This document shows positions 39,294 through 48,577 of a stretch of 64,000 nucleotides of DNA, one piece after another. Each line of letters begins with the position of its first letter. The stretch's first letter is position 1. The stretch is from assembly GCA_016867725.1 (NCBI GenBank), contig VGIX01000002.1, positions 36,314 through 100,313 on the forward strand, given 5' to 3'. Origin of the DNA: Candidatus Effluviviaceae Genus I sp. GTDB lineage: Bacteria > Joyebacterota > Joyebacteria > Joyebacterales > Joyebacteraceae. Position numbers and translations under genes: made by a program. The notes below the pieces were generated by a model. That model had not been told where the DNA came from. It did not search any database and saw nothing but the letters and a program-made list of their open reading frames with translations.

Positions 39294-40487
39294 ATGAAGA
39301 CGTGCAGACTGACGGTGCTCGTCGCGCTGACCGTCGGCGCGTGCGTGCTGTTCTCCGGCTGTTCGGGGGATGGCGGCGGCAAGTCGGCCGACCAGCTCTA
39401 CGACGAGGGCATGGGGTCGCTCGAGAGCGCGCTGAGCGGCGCGGACATGGACCAGGAACCCTGGAACTGGGGGGCGGACGTATCCGAGGCACACGAGCGC
39501 TTCGATGACGCGCTTGCGCAGAACCCGAACCACTGCGGCGCCAACCTCATGGCGGCGGCGACGCGGCTTCTCATGGTCGTCTCGAATCCGGAGCTTGGCG
39601 ACATCCTCGACACGCTCTTCCCCGAGGGCCCCAGGGCGTCCCGCGCTTCCGGCATCCTCTGGTATGCGAGGAAGCCGGACCTCCGAGGTCTCTACCAGCG
39701 GTTCTCGGACGGCGGCAGGCAGGACTTCCACTTCTCCCAGCTCCAGAACTACATCGAGCTGCAGGTGCTTCCCGCTCTCACGTACGCGGACCAGCGCCTC
39801 ACGAGATTCGAAGACATGAACTGCGCAATCTGGGTCCGTGTCGGTGAGGACTCCCTGGGACAGGACGTTCTCGCCGAGGTGGACGCGACCGACGCCTACT
39901 TCCTGCACACGGTGGTGGACGCGCTGCAGGCCGGGTGCAGCGTCGCCGTGTCGTACAACATCGACATCGACGACGGGCAGACACCGCAGTACCTGATCGA
40001 GTCGGACGCCGACTTCCTGACGCTGAGACGACCCGCGGCCATGGCGACAGCGTATGACGAACTCCTCGCGCTGGCCGCGCACCTGAGAGCGGCGTGCGAC
40101 GCGCTCGAGGCGGAGACCGACGATCAGAGCGACGATGTCTTCACGGAAACCGACGGCTACGTGCCGCTGGACGACATGTTCGGCGGCGGGGCCGTCGAGG
40201 AGATCCGGGACATCGCCGACGCCATCGAAGACGCGCTGGTCAGCGGGCTTGTGTTCAACCCCTCGGGAGACGGAGGGCCGGACATCGACGTGCTCATCAG
40301 CTTCGATGCGCTCTTCAACGATCCCATCGCCGATCTCAGGAACTACTTCCCGGCGCACTCGTGGCCCCAGCCGGATGAGATCGCGATCGACCGCCCCATC
40401 GACTTCCCGGATCCCGAGTTCCATGGGATCACCCCGGGCATGGACAACGCGGAATGGGAGCTGATCATCCAGTGGCTGGAGGAGTAG
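39294..40487 (+). CDS. Hypothetical acidic lipoprotein (no recognisable family)
   Basis: AAGGAG RBS 7 nt before the ATG. Signal plus lipobox LFSGCSG. 397 aa, Asp/Glu-rich (…IDIDDGQTPQYLIESDADFL…), ends WELIIQWLEE. Confidence 0.55.
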   Translation: MKTCRLTVLVALTVGACVLFSGCSGDGGGKSADQLYDEGMGSLESALSGADMDQEPWNWGADVSEAHERFDDALAQNPNHCGANLMAAATRLLMVVSNPELGDILDTLFPEGPRASRASGILWYARKPDLRGLYQRFSDGGRQDFHFSQLQNYIELQVLPALTYADQRLTRFEDMNCAIWVRVGEDSLGQDVLAEVDATDAYFLHTVVDALQAGCSVAVSYNIDIDDGQTPQYLIESDADFLTLRRPAAMATAYDELLALAAHLRAACDALEAETDDQSDDVFTETDGYVPLDDMFGGGAVEEIRDIADAIEDALVSGLVFNPSGDGGPDIDVLISFDALFNDPIADLRNYFPAHSWPQPDEIAIDRPIDFPDPEFHGITPGMDNAEWELIIQWLEE

Positions 40488-40647
40488 GGCGAGCCGGTTT
40501 CGGCGGCGGGGTCGCTTGGCGCACGGCGGGAAACGTCGCAGCGCGCCGTGAGGCCGGCGCGGGCATCATGAGATGCCCGCGCCGATGCGTCTCGCTCGTG
40601 GCGCAGGACGGCGCGCGCGGTCGGCCGCAGACGCCGGAGGAAGACGC

Positions 40648-41790
40648 GTGATCAGGATCATCCACACGTCGGACGTTCACCTCGGCGCGCCGCTCGGATG
40701 GCTGGGCCGCAGGGCCGCCGAACAGCGCGACGCGCTGAGGAAGGCGTGGACGGCCGTCGTCGACCGGACCCTGTCGGAGCGGGCGGATTGCCTCATCGTT
40801 GCCGGCGACCTCTTTGACTCGAACAGCCCGCCGGCGTCGGTCGTGCGCTTCGTTCTTAAGGAACTCGACAGGCTGGGCACCGCGTCCGCCACGGAGGTCG
40901 TGATCCTCCCCGGATCGCACGACTTCCTGAGCCTGGGGTCCGTCTACGGGAGCTACGAGCGCGAGTTCAGGCGCCTGCCGCACGTGCACGTCCTCGGGCT
41001 GGACGGGCGGTCGTGTGTCGTGCTCAGGAAGTCCGGCATGGCCGTCCACGGCAACCCGCCGCGCTCGAACCGCTCCTCGGAGCGGCAGCTCGCGCGGCTG
41101 CGGCCCCGGGACGACAGCCGGTGGAACGTCGCCGTCGCACACGGAACCGTCGAGGTCGTTCCGGGCGCGGCCGAGGACCATCCGATCGCTCTTGCGGACC
41201 TCTCCTCGATGGAGTGGTCCTATGTCGCGCTCGGCCACTGGCACTCGTGGCGCGAGATCGAGGGAACCACGGCGCCGGCGGTCTATCCGGGCGCGCCCGA
41301 GACGATCGCGGTCGATCAGGTCGGATCCGGGCACGCCGCGCTCGTCGTGCTCGATGAGACGGGCGTCACGACGTCGAGGCTGCGACTCGGCACGCGCTCG
41401 GTCGTCGAGGCGGAGGTCGACGTCACCGCGGCCCCGGACGCCGCGGAGGTGGCGACCCGCGTCCGCAGGGCCGTGCCGCCGGGCGCCGACACGATCGTCC
41501 GCCTTGACCTCACGGGTCTTCTGGATCTCGGCTCGGGGTTCGATGAGGCCGAGCTCGTCGAGGAACTCTCCTCGGACTACTTCCACGTGGCCCTGCGACA
41601 GCGCGCGTTCCGGGTCGCGAGCGACGAAGCCTGCTTGCGGGACCTCCCGGAGCGGTTCGTCATCGGCCGCTTCGCGCGCATCCTGAGCGAGCAGCTCGAG
41701 TCCGCAAAGAGCGAGGAGGAGCGGCAGGAGCTGGAGGACGCCCTCAAGCTGGGCGTGGCGCTGCTCCAGGGGAAGGACGTGATCGCGTGA
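40648..41790 (+). CDS. SbcD/Mre11-like calcineurin-family nuclease (metallophosphoesterase)
   Basis: IRIIHTSDVHLG, IVAGDLFD and ILPGSHD...GHWH motifs. GTG with GGAGG 7 nt upstream. Stop overlaps the next start. Confidence 0.75.
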   Translation: MIRIIHTSDVHLGAPLGWLGRRAAEQRDALRKAWTAVVDRTLSERADCLIVAGDLFDSNSPPASVVRFVLKELDRLGTASATEVVILPGSHDFLSLGSVYGSYEREFRRLPHVHVLGLDGRSCVVLRKSGMAVHGNPPRSNRSSERQLARLRPRDDSRWNVAVAHGTVEVVPGAAEDHPIALADLSSMEWSYVALGHWHSWREIEGTTAPAVYPGAPETIAVDQVGSGHAALVVLDETGVTTSRLRLGTRSVVEAEVDVTAAPDAAEVATRVRRAVPPGADTIVRLDLTGLLDLGSGFDEAELVEELSSDYFHVALRQRAFRVASDEACLRDLPERFVIGRFARILSEQLESAKSEEERQELEDALKLGVALLQGKDVIA

Positions 41791-43901
41791 GGATCCGCCG
41801 CATCAGGCTCGTGAACTTCAAGAGGTTCTCCGACCACGAGATCGTCCTCGATCCACGGCTCAACCTCATCGTCGGGCCCAACGAGTCGGGGAAGAGCACG
41901 GTGGTTGACGCCATCGGCACGGCGCTCTTCGGCGATGTCGCATCCAAGGCGCGCGCGGTGAAGGACCTTGAGCGGTGGGGCGCGTCCGGTGCGGTGAGGC
42001 TCGAGTTCGACTTCGATCACGGGACCGAGAGCTGGCGCCTGATCAAGGACTTCGGCGCGGGGCGCGTGGAGCTCACGCAGGCCGGCGACGACCGTCGCAT
42101 CAGCGATCGCGGCGAGGTGGACCGCCGCGTGCGCGAGATGATCGGGTTCGCGACGAGGGACGCGTTCGAGTCCGTCGCGGCAGTGCGACAGGGTGAGCTC
42201 GCCGCGCTCGAGGGACGGGCCGGGTCGGCGCGGCGGAGCGAGCTCGTGCCGATGATCGAACGGAAGATGACGAGCTCGAGCGGCGCCGTCGACGCGGCGC
42301 GCGTCCTCGAGCGGATCGACGGGGAGGTCGCGCGCATCAAGGTGGGCCTCGAGCGCCCGGCGAAGGTCCCCGGCCCCCTCCAGGCCCTCCGCGAGGAGCG
42401 GCACCGGCTGGCCAAGGAACGCGCGAAGCACGAGGCAGGCTGGGCCGACAACCTCCGCTCGCGCAACGAGCTGAACAGGCTGCGCGAGGAGCTCGAGGAC
42501 AACGAGCGGCACCTGTCTCAGATCGACGTAGCGCTCAAGCACGAGGAGAAGCGGCAGGACGACCTCTCGACGCTCGAGCGTGTCCGGAAGGCGCTCGATG
42601 AGAAGGAAGCGAAGATCGGCAGGATCCGCAAGCTCAAGGCGGACCTCGCGGCCGTCTGGGACCGGATTCCGGCGGGATCGAACGAGTATGAGCGGCTTGC
42701 ACGGGCTGCGAAGGCCGATCTGGACGCCGCCGAGCGGCGACTGGCGGACCTGAGCGACAGGGCGCCGTCGGGTCGACTGGGCTCGGTGGGCGGCCGCGCG
42801 GGGGTCGGGGCAGGGTCGGCCATCGTGACCGGCATCGTGCTCTTCCTCGCGGCGGTGTTCGGCGGCGATCTCAGGCTTCGCGTCCCCATGGCCGCCGCGG
42901 GCCTCGCGGCGACGCTCGTCGGCCTTCTCCTGTCGCGACGGGCGCTCCGGATGTGGGCGTTCGCGCGGGAGTTCGACAGGGCCACGTTCGAGCGAGAAAA
43001 GCGCGAGGCGCTGCTGGCGACAGCGCTCTCCAAAGTCGGGTGCTCAAGCTACGCGGACTTCGAGCGCGCGGCGGGAGCGCAGGAGCGCGACCGGCACAGC
43101 GCCGAGGTCTGGAACGCCATGCTCGCTGAGATCTGCGGTGGACAGGACCACGACGCGGTGGAGGAGATGCTCCAGAGGGAGGCGGCCTCGTTGTCGCGCC
43201 AGAAGCAGGAGCTTGAGGGTGGCGCAGGGACCGCTCCGACGGGAGGACCGCTCGCGCCCTCGGAGTACGCGAAGCTCCGCGCCGAACGCGAGCAGAGAAC
43301 CGAGAGGCTCAAGGCGCTCCGCGAGTCGATCCCGCGGCTCGAGGGCCAGCTCGAGCAGGCCGAGGCGGGCGAGACCATCCCGGACCTCGAGGCGAAGTTC
43401 GAAGACGTCGAGCGGGAGATCGAGCGGCTCGACCGCAGACTGCGCGTGCTCACCATCGCGCGCGAGGCTCTGGCAAGCGCCATCGCGAGCACGAACAAGG
43501 AGGCCGCCTCCGCCCTCGAGCCCCTGGTGAGCCGCGTGCTCGGGCGCGTCACGCTGGACCGCTACGAGGCCGCCCGAGTCGGGCATGACCTCGACGTGAG
43601 CGTCACGAACCCGGAGCGCCGCTCCGCGGGGCCCGCGACGCTGGGCGCCGGCGACCTCTCCGCCGGGACCGCCGATCAGCTGTACCTGGCCATCCGCTAC
43701 GCGCTCCTTGAGTTCCTCTCTACGGCTGAGGGCGCGCCCTTCGTCCTGGACGACGCGCTCGTCAACTGCGACCCCGAGCGTCGCGCCGCCGGCCTCTCCC
43801 TGCTGCGCGAGATCGCGAAGGAACGTCAGGTGATCCTCTTCTCGTGCGAGGATCGGGGACGTGAGGCCGCCGACCAGGTCGTGCTCCTTCCGGCGCTCTG
43901 A
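41787..43901 (+). CDS. SbcC/Rad50-like ABC ATPase with coiled coils and a central 2-TM hairpin (YhaN-like)
   Basis: Walker A GPNESGKST. C-terminal signature LSAGTADQ, Walker B FVLDDAL and H-loop. The centre has AGVGAGSAIVTGIVLFLAAVFGG and VPMAAAGLAATLVGLLLSRRAL instead of a CxxC hook. Confidence 0.7.
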   Translation: MRIRRIRLVNFKRFSDHEIVLDPRLNLIVGPNESGKSTVVDAIGTALFGDVASKARAVKDLERWGASGAVRLEFDFDHGTESWRLIKDFGAGRVELTQAGDDRRISDRGEVDRRVREMIGFATRDAFESVAAVRQGELAALEGRAGSARRSELVPMIERKMTSSSGAVDAARVLERIDGEVARIKVGLERPAKVPGPLQALREERHRLAKERAKHEAGWADNLRSRNELNRLREELEDNERHLSQIDVALKHEEKRQDDLSTLERVRKALDEKEAKIGRIRKLKADLAAVWDRIPAGSNEYERLARAAKADLDAAERRLADLSDRAPSGRLGSVGGRAGVGAGSAIVTGIVLFLAAVFGGDLRLRVPMAAAGLAATLVGLLLSRRALRMWAFAREFDRATFEREKREALLATALSKVGCSSYADFERAAGAQERDRHSAEVWNAMLAEICGGQDHDAVEEMLQREAASLSRQKQELEGGAGTAPTGGPLAPSEYAKLRAEREQRTERLKALRESIPRLEGQLEQAEAGETIPDLEAKFEDVEREIERLDRRLRVLTIAREALASAIASTNKEAASALEPLVSRVLGRVTLDRYEAARVGHDLDVSVTNPERRSAGPATLGAGDLSAGTADQLYLAIRYALLEFLSTAEGAPFVLDDALVNCDPERRAAGLSLLREIAKERQVILFSCEDRGREAADQVVLLPAL

Positions 43902-44127
43902 CGGTCCGAGCCTCGGCGACCGACTGAGCGACCGCTCACTTCTCACCAGATACGCCCCCCCCAAGGCCGGCCGGACCGCTCCCGTGGCATGGGACTTGCA
44001 TTTCACAGTGCCCTGAGCGACCGATGGCTAGAACGCTGATGGGGCACACCATGGAGGGGCGAGGCGCCGCCAGTCCCCCGGACAGGCGTCCGGGGACGGC
44101 TCGGAGTTCGCCACGCCGAACTGCATC

Positions 44128-46248
44128 ATGCACGAGACCAGGGTGACGGTGGGCGGCAACTGCATGACCGGGAACGACATTCCGGGCCGGTCGTGGTGGT
44201 TGGCCGCGGCGGTCGGGCTCACGATGCTCGCCATCGCGACGACGGGGATCACGCGGCTCGACTGGGGAGCCGTCGGGATCATGACCGCGCTGGGGCTCGG
44301 AACCGGCCTCTTCGCGTTCCCCATCGGCCGCGGCTCCTTCGTCTCGTTCAGCGCGGCCGTGTTCGTCGCGTCGCTGGCGCTCTTCGGGACATCGGTGGCA
44401 GTGTGGGTCGTCGCCGCCACGACCGTGATCCTCAACACGCTTGTCTTCCGCAGGAACCTGCGATCGGCGCTGGCCGACACGGGCGCGCAGGTCATCGCCG
44501 CCGCGGCGGCGGGACTCGCGTACCGGGCGATCGGAGGAAGGCTCGTGCCCACGAGCATGACCCTGCTGGACGCGGCCCGCTGTTTCGTCATGTTCGTCAC
44601 GTTCGGCGCCGTGGCTTCTACGATGCGCGCCATCGCCTCTGTCACCGTCCGGAACCCGCTGTGGGAGTACGCGCGGTGGATCGCCGGCCGCGGCGTGATC
44701 ATCGAACTGGCGATGCTCCCGCTCGCGCTCCTGCTCATCGCCTCGTACACGCCCGGCGAGCCCGCGACCTTCCCGCTGCTCGCCATCGTGCTCATGGTAT
44801 CGAGCGCGGCCGGCAAGGCGCTGTGGGATGCGCGCGAGGCGCTGCTGAAGCGCGTCGGCGAGCTCAAAGTGCTCAACGCGGCGGCGCGCGCGCTGTCCGA
44901 AGCCAGGCATCTTCCCGACGTGGCGACGACGCTGCGCGGGTACGCGGCTCAGCTGCTCGGAGCGCGGACGGTCGCGCTCTCGCTGCTCCACGAGACCACG
45001 GGCCAGGTCGAGTCGTTCGCGACGCCGGACGACGCCGCGCCAGCCGGGGGACCGCACTGCCCCTCCGCGGCGGAGGCCTGGGTCATGAGACACCGTCTGC
45101 CGCTCGTCACCGCGGATCCGGCGGCTCACTGCCCTGAGGAGTGGCTGCGTTCTCCGGAGAGCCGCCCGGCGACGGGAACGTGGCTCGGAGTGCCCCTGAT
45201 GAGGGGGGAGAAGCTGATCGGCGTGCTGTCCGTCCTCGGAAGCGGGCGCAGGTCGCTCTCGCAGCAGGATGCGGAGCTCCTGAGCGCTCTCGGCAATCAG
45301 GTGGCCCGAGTGGTCGACAACGTTCGTCTCTACGAGAGGCTCGAGGAGTCGCGCGCCGATCTCGAACGGTGGAACAGGACGCTCGAAACGAGGGTCGAGG
45401 AACGCACGCGCGAGCTCGACAGGGCGCTCGCCTCGCTCGAGGAGCTCAACGACGACCTCGAGCGGCGCGTCGAGGAGCGGACGAAGGAGCTTCAGGACAT
45501 CCAGGAGAAGGTCGTGCAGTCGGGTCGTCTCGCCGCGGTGGGGGAACTGGCGGCGGGCATCGCGCACGAGCTGAACAACCCGCTCGCCGGCATTCTCGGC
45601 TACTCGCAGTACGACCTCGAGCGCGTGATGGAGCGTCAGGACCAGGGGCTGTCGGCCGACGAGGCGCGGCACATCGCGACGCACATGCGACACATCGAGC
45701 GGGAGGCCCAGCGCTGCAAGCGCATCGTGGAGAACCTGCTCACGTTCTCGCGAGGGGCGAGGTCGGGCACGGCGACCCTGGATGTCAACGAGATCGTGGA
45801 GAGCACACTGGAGTGCACCGAGCGGCAGCTGGCCATGCGGGGCATTGAGGTCGACGTCGAACTCGATCGCGCGCTCCCGTGCATCGTGGGCGACCCACAG
45901 GGCCTTCAGCAGGTGTTCGCCAACATCGTCCTGAACGCCCGCAACGCCATGGCGAGCGGCGGCAGGCTCACGGTTCGGACATGGAAGACGGAGAGCGGGA
46001 GCGGCGCGGGGCAGGTTGCCGTCAGGTTCGAAGACACCGGCGACGGCATCACGAACGGTGATCTGATGCGGGTGTTCGAACCGTTCTACACGACCCGCGC
46101 AGACAAGGAAGGCGCCGGGCTCGGGCTGTCGGTGAGCTATGGCATCGTGCGCGAGCACGGCGGCGAGATCGACGTGGAGAGCGACAAGGGTCGCGGAGCG
46201 GCCTTCACGGTGCGTCTGCCCGTGAACACGGCCGGCCCGAGGGCCTGA
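44128..46248 (+). CDS. Sensor histidine kinase (polytopic N-terminal membrane domain, GAF, HisKA, HATPase_c)
   Basis: Six or more TM helices, GAF-like region, AAVGELAAGIAHELNNPL H-box, and N/G1/G2 boxes (LNARNAM, FEDTGDGI, GAGLGLS). The start may be the ATG at 44164. Confidence 0.8.
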   Translation: MHETRVTVGGNCMTGNDIPGRSWWLAAAVGLTMLAIATTGITRLDWGAVGIMTALGLGTGLFAFPIGRGSFVSFSAAVFVASLALFGTSVAVWVVAATTVILNTLVFRRNLRSALADTGAQVIAAAAAGLAYRAIGGRLVPTSMTLLDAARCFVMFVTFGAVASTMRAIASVTVRNPLWEYARWIAGRGVIIELAMLPLALLLIASYTPGEPATFPLLAIVLMVSSAAGKALWDAREALLKRVGELKVLNAAARALSEARHLPDVATTLRGYAAQLLGARTVALSLLHETTGQVESFATPDDAAPAGGPHCPSAAEAWVMRHRLPLVTADPAAHCPEEWLRSPESRPATGTWLGVPLMRGEKLIGVLSVLGSGRRSLSQQDAELLSALGNQVARVVDNVRLYERLEESRADLERWNRTLETRVEERTRELDRALASLEELNDDLERRVEERTKELQDIQEKVVQSGRLAAVGELAAGIAHELNNPLAGILGYSQYDLERVMERQDQGLSADEARHIATHMRHIEREAQRCKRIVENLLTFSRGARSGTATLDVNEIVESTLECTERQLAMRGIEVDVELDRALPCIVGDPQGLQQVFANIVLNARNAMASGGRLTVRTWKTESGSGAGQVAVRFEDTGDGITNGDLMRVFEPFYTTRADKEGAGLGLSVSYGIVREHGGEIDVESDKGRGAAFTVRLPVNTAGPRA

Positions 46249-46279
46249 GGCGAGGGCCGCAGCCGATCGGGGGAAACAC

Positions 46280-47248
46280 GTGCTGGCGCCGGGAGAGCTG
46301 GTGGGCAGGCCGGAGGGGGAGAAGACACCCCCTCCTCGCGTCCTGATCGTGGACGACGAGGAGATCATGCGCGAGTTCCTCAGGGAGGTGCTCGGGGACG
46401 ACGGCTATGCCATCGAGCTTGCCTGCTCCGGCCGCGAGGCCGTCGAGAAGATGTCCGCGTCACAGTACGATGTGGTCGTGACGGACATCGTGATGCCGGA
46501 GCTGGACGGGCTCGGCGTGGTCGCCGCCGCCAAGAAGCTGCCGTACGACGTCGACGTCATTGTGATGACCGGCTATGCGTCCATGGACACGGCCGTCGAA
46601 TCCATGAAGCTGGGCGCGCGCGACTACATCACCAAGCCGTTCAACATCGACCAGATCAGGATCATCGTGTCCAATGCGCTGGCCGAGCGCGAGCTCAAGC
46701 GGAAGGCCGCGGAAGGGGAGTTCTACAAGGAGCTCTCCCGGAAGGACGGGCTGACCGACCTCTACAACCACAGGTTCTTCCACCAGCTTCTCGAGACGGA
46801 GGTCGGACGGGCGGCGCGATACAACCGCGTCGTCAGCCTGCTCATGATCGACATCGACGACTTCAAGACGTACAACGACGCGCACGGACACCCGGCGGGC
46901 GATGCGGCGCTGCGCAGACTGGCCTACCTGCTCCGGCACTCGTCGCGGAACTGCGACTACGTGGCGCGATACGGAGGCGAGGAGTTCGCCATCATCGTAC
47001 CCGAGGTCGCTGCCGACGCCGCGCTTCGGATGGGCGAGCGCATCCGGAGCATCATCGAGTCCTCGGAGTTCGAGGGCGAGGACATCATGCCCGGCGGCCG
47101 TCTCACGATCAGCATCGGCGTCGCGACGTTTCCCTCGCATGCGCAGAGCCAGGACGATCTCCTGACGCACGCCGACCGCGCGCTGTACCAGGCGAAGACC
47201 GCCGGGAAGAACGCGGTCGTGCTCTACGGCGGTGAGAGCGTGAACTAG
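46280..47248 (+). CDS. Response regulator with receiver and GGDEF diguanylate cyclase domains
   Basis: RVLIVDDEEIMREF...VVTDIVMPELDG receiver. GGDEF motif RYGGEEFAII. Confidence 0.85.
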   Translation: MLAPGELVGRPEGEKTPPPRVLIVDDEEIMREFLREVLGDDGYAIELACSGREAVEKMSASQYDVVVTDIVMPELDGLGVVAAAKKLPYDVDVIVMTGYASMDTAVESMKLGARDYITKPFNIDQIRIIVSNALAERELKRKAAEGEFYKELSRKDGLTDLYNHRFFHQLLETEVGRAARYNRVVSLLMIDIDDFKTYNDAHGHPAGDAALRRLAYLLRHSSRNCDYVARYGGEEFAIIVPEVAADAALRMGERIRSIIESSEFEGEDIMPGGRLTISIGVATFPSHAQSQDDLLTHADRALYQAKTAGKNAVVLYGGESVN

Positions 47249-47417
47249 GGTCCCGCGGTCGACCGGGCGCGCGGGGTCGACGAGCGCGCTCTCGGCGGAG
47301 CGTTCCGCCGGGGGCGCGCTCGTCTGCTGTCGTGAGGGACGAGGCGGGAGCGGCCCGAGTCGTTGACACGACGCCCCCCCTCTGGTAGCGTGTTCCGCGC
47401 TGCGGTGGGGGAGGCCC

Positions 47418-47897
47418 GTGACGACGGCGCTCGACAGGCGGGACAGCGCGTTCATGGCGGTCGCCCTCGACGAGGCCCGAATGGCCCTCGACGAGGGCGA
47501 GGTTCCTGTGGGCGCCGTGGTGGTGCTTGGGGGGAGGGTCCTCGGCCGCGGGCACAACCAGGTCGAGGCGACGCGCGACCCCACCGCTCACGCGGAGATC
47601 ATCGCTCTCGGCGCGGCGTGCAGGGCCGTCGAGGTACCGCGCTTGACTGGGGCGACGCTCTACGCTACGATGGAGCCGTGCCCGATGTGCGCGGGGGCCA
47701 TCGTGCAGGCGCGGGTGGCGCGACTCGTGTACGCGTGCGCGGATCCCAGGGCGGGCTACTGCGGGTCGCTGGGCAACATCGCCGACGATCCGAGACTCAA
47801 CCACCGGGTCGCCGTGTCGTCGGGAGTGATGGCCGAGCAGGCCTCGGCGCTGCTCGCGGCGTTCTTCGAGGCTCTTCGGGCCCGGGGCAGAACGTAG
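47418..47897 (+). CDS. tadA: tRNA-specific adenosine deaminase
   Basis: CDA fold with HAEIIAL and TMEPCPMCAGAI zinc motifs. 159 aa. Confidence 0.85.
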   Translation: MTTALDRRDSAFMAVALDEARMALDEGEVPVGAVVVLGGRVLGRGHNQVEATRDPTAHAEIIALGAACRAVEVPRLTGATLYATMEPCPMCAGAIVQARVARLVYACADPRAGYCGSLGNIADDPRLNHRVAVSSGVMAEQASALLAAFFEALRARGRT

Positions 47898-47912
47898 CGT
47901 CGCCGGGGGACA

Positions 47913-48002
47913 GGTGGGGTGACGGAGTTGGTCGATCGTGGCGGTCTCGAAAACCGTTGTACCCTCTGGGTACCGTGGGTTCGAATCCCACCCCCACCGC
48001 CA
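47913..48002 (+). tRNA. tRNA-Ser (anticodon CGA)
   Basis: Acceptor ggtgggg/ccccacc + g + CCA. Loop ctCGAaa. Long variable arm. gggttcgaatccc. Begins 15 nt after the tadA stop. Confidence 0.75.
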
Positions 48003-48012
48003 GTCGAGACCC

Positions 48013-48104
<92 letters not shown>

Positions 48105-48134
48105 CCAGTCGACTCTGTAGGACCAAGGACCTGT

Positions 48135-48210
48135 GGGGATGTAGCTCAGCTGGGAGAGCGCTGCCTTCGCAAGGCAGAGGTCGGCGGTTCGATCCCGCTC
48201 ATCTCCACCA
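48135..48210 (+). tRNA. tRNA-Ala (anticodon CGC)
   Basis: ggggatgtagctcagctgggagagcg with the G3:U70 identity pair. Loop ttCGCaa. ggttcgatccc. catctccacca. Confidence 0.8.
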
Positions 48211-48216
48211 ACCCTT

Positions 48217-48246
48217 CGGGGCCCGCTCATGTCCGGAGCGGGCCCC
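48217..48246 (+). terminator. GC-rich hairpin after tRNA-Ala (processing or termination stem)
   Basis: ggggcccgctc-atgtccg-gagcgggcccc is a perfect 11-bp stem. No U-tract follows, so intrinsic termination is uncertain. Confidence 0.3.
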
Positions 48247-48274
48247 GCTGACGGTGAACCCATGTGAGCCGGCA

Positions 48275-48565
48275 CGCTAGACGGGGAGCTAGCGGTGCCC
48301 TGTGACCCGCAAGCCGCTTCAGCGGGGTCGAACACCCAACCGAGGCCCTGTCGCCTCCGGCCGCGGGCGCGGAGAAGTGGCGATGAAGGCCAGGTCCCGC
48401 GCAATCGAGTCCGGCGAACCCGGTCAGGGCCGGAAGGCAGCAGCCGTAAGCCGATCCCTCGATGTGCCGCGGGGGCGCTTGGCCGGAGCCAACTGGCCGT
48501 GACCGCACCGGAGACGGGGGTCGAGTCGGGCGCGTGCCGGCAGATGCTCCTTCACGAACACGGGG
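48275..48565 (+). ncRNA. ffs: Signal recognition particle RNA (large, Alu-domain-containing type), ends approximate
   Basis: Domain IV motif ccGGTCAGGgCCGGAAGGcAGCAGCC at 48422-48445, flanked by a pairing helix (cccgcgcaatcgag / ctcgatgtgccgcggg). Lies immediately upstream of dnaX-ybaB-recR, the classic ffs position. Overlapping small ORFs are rejected. Confidence 0.6.
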
Positions 48566-48577
48566 TATCCCGAAGCC

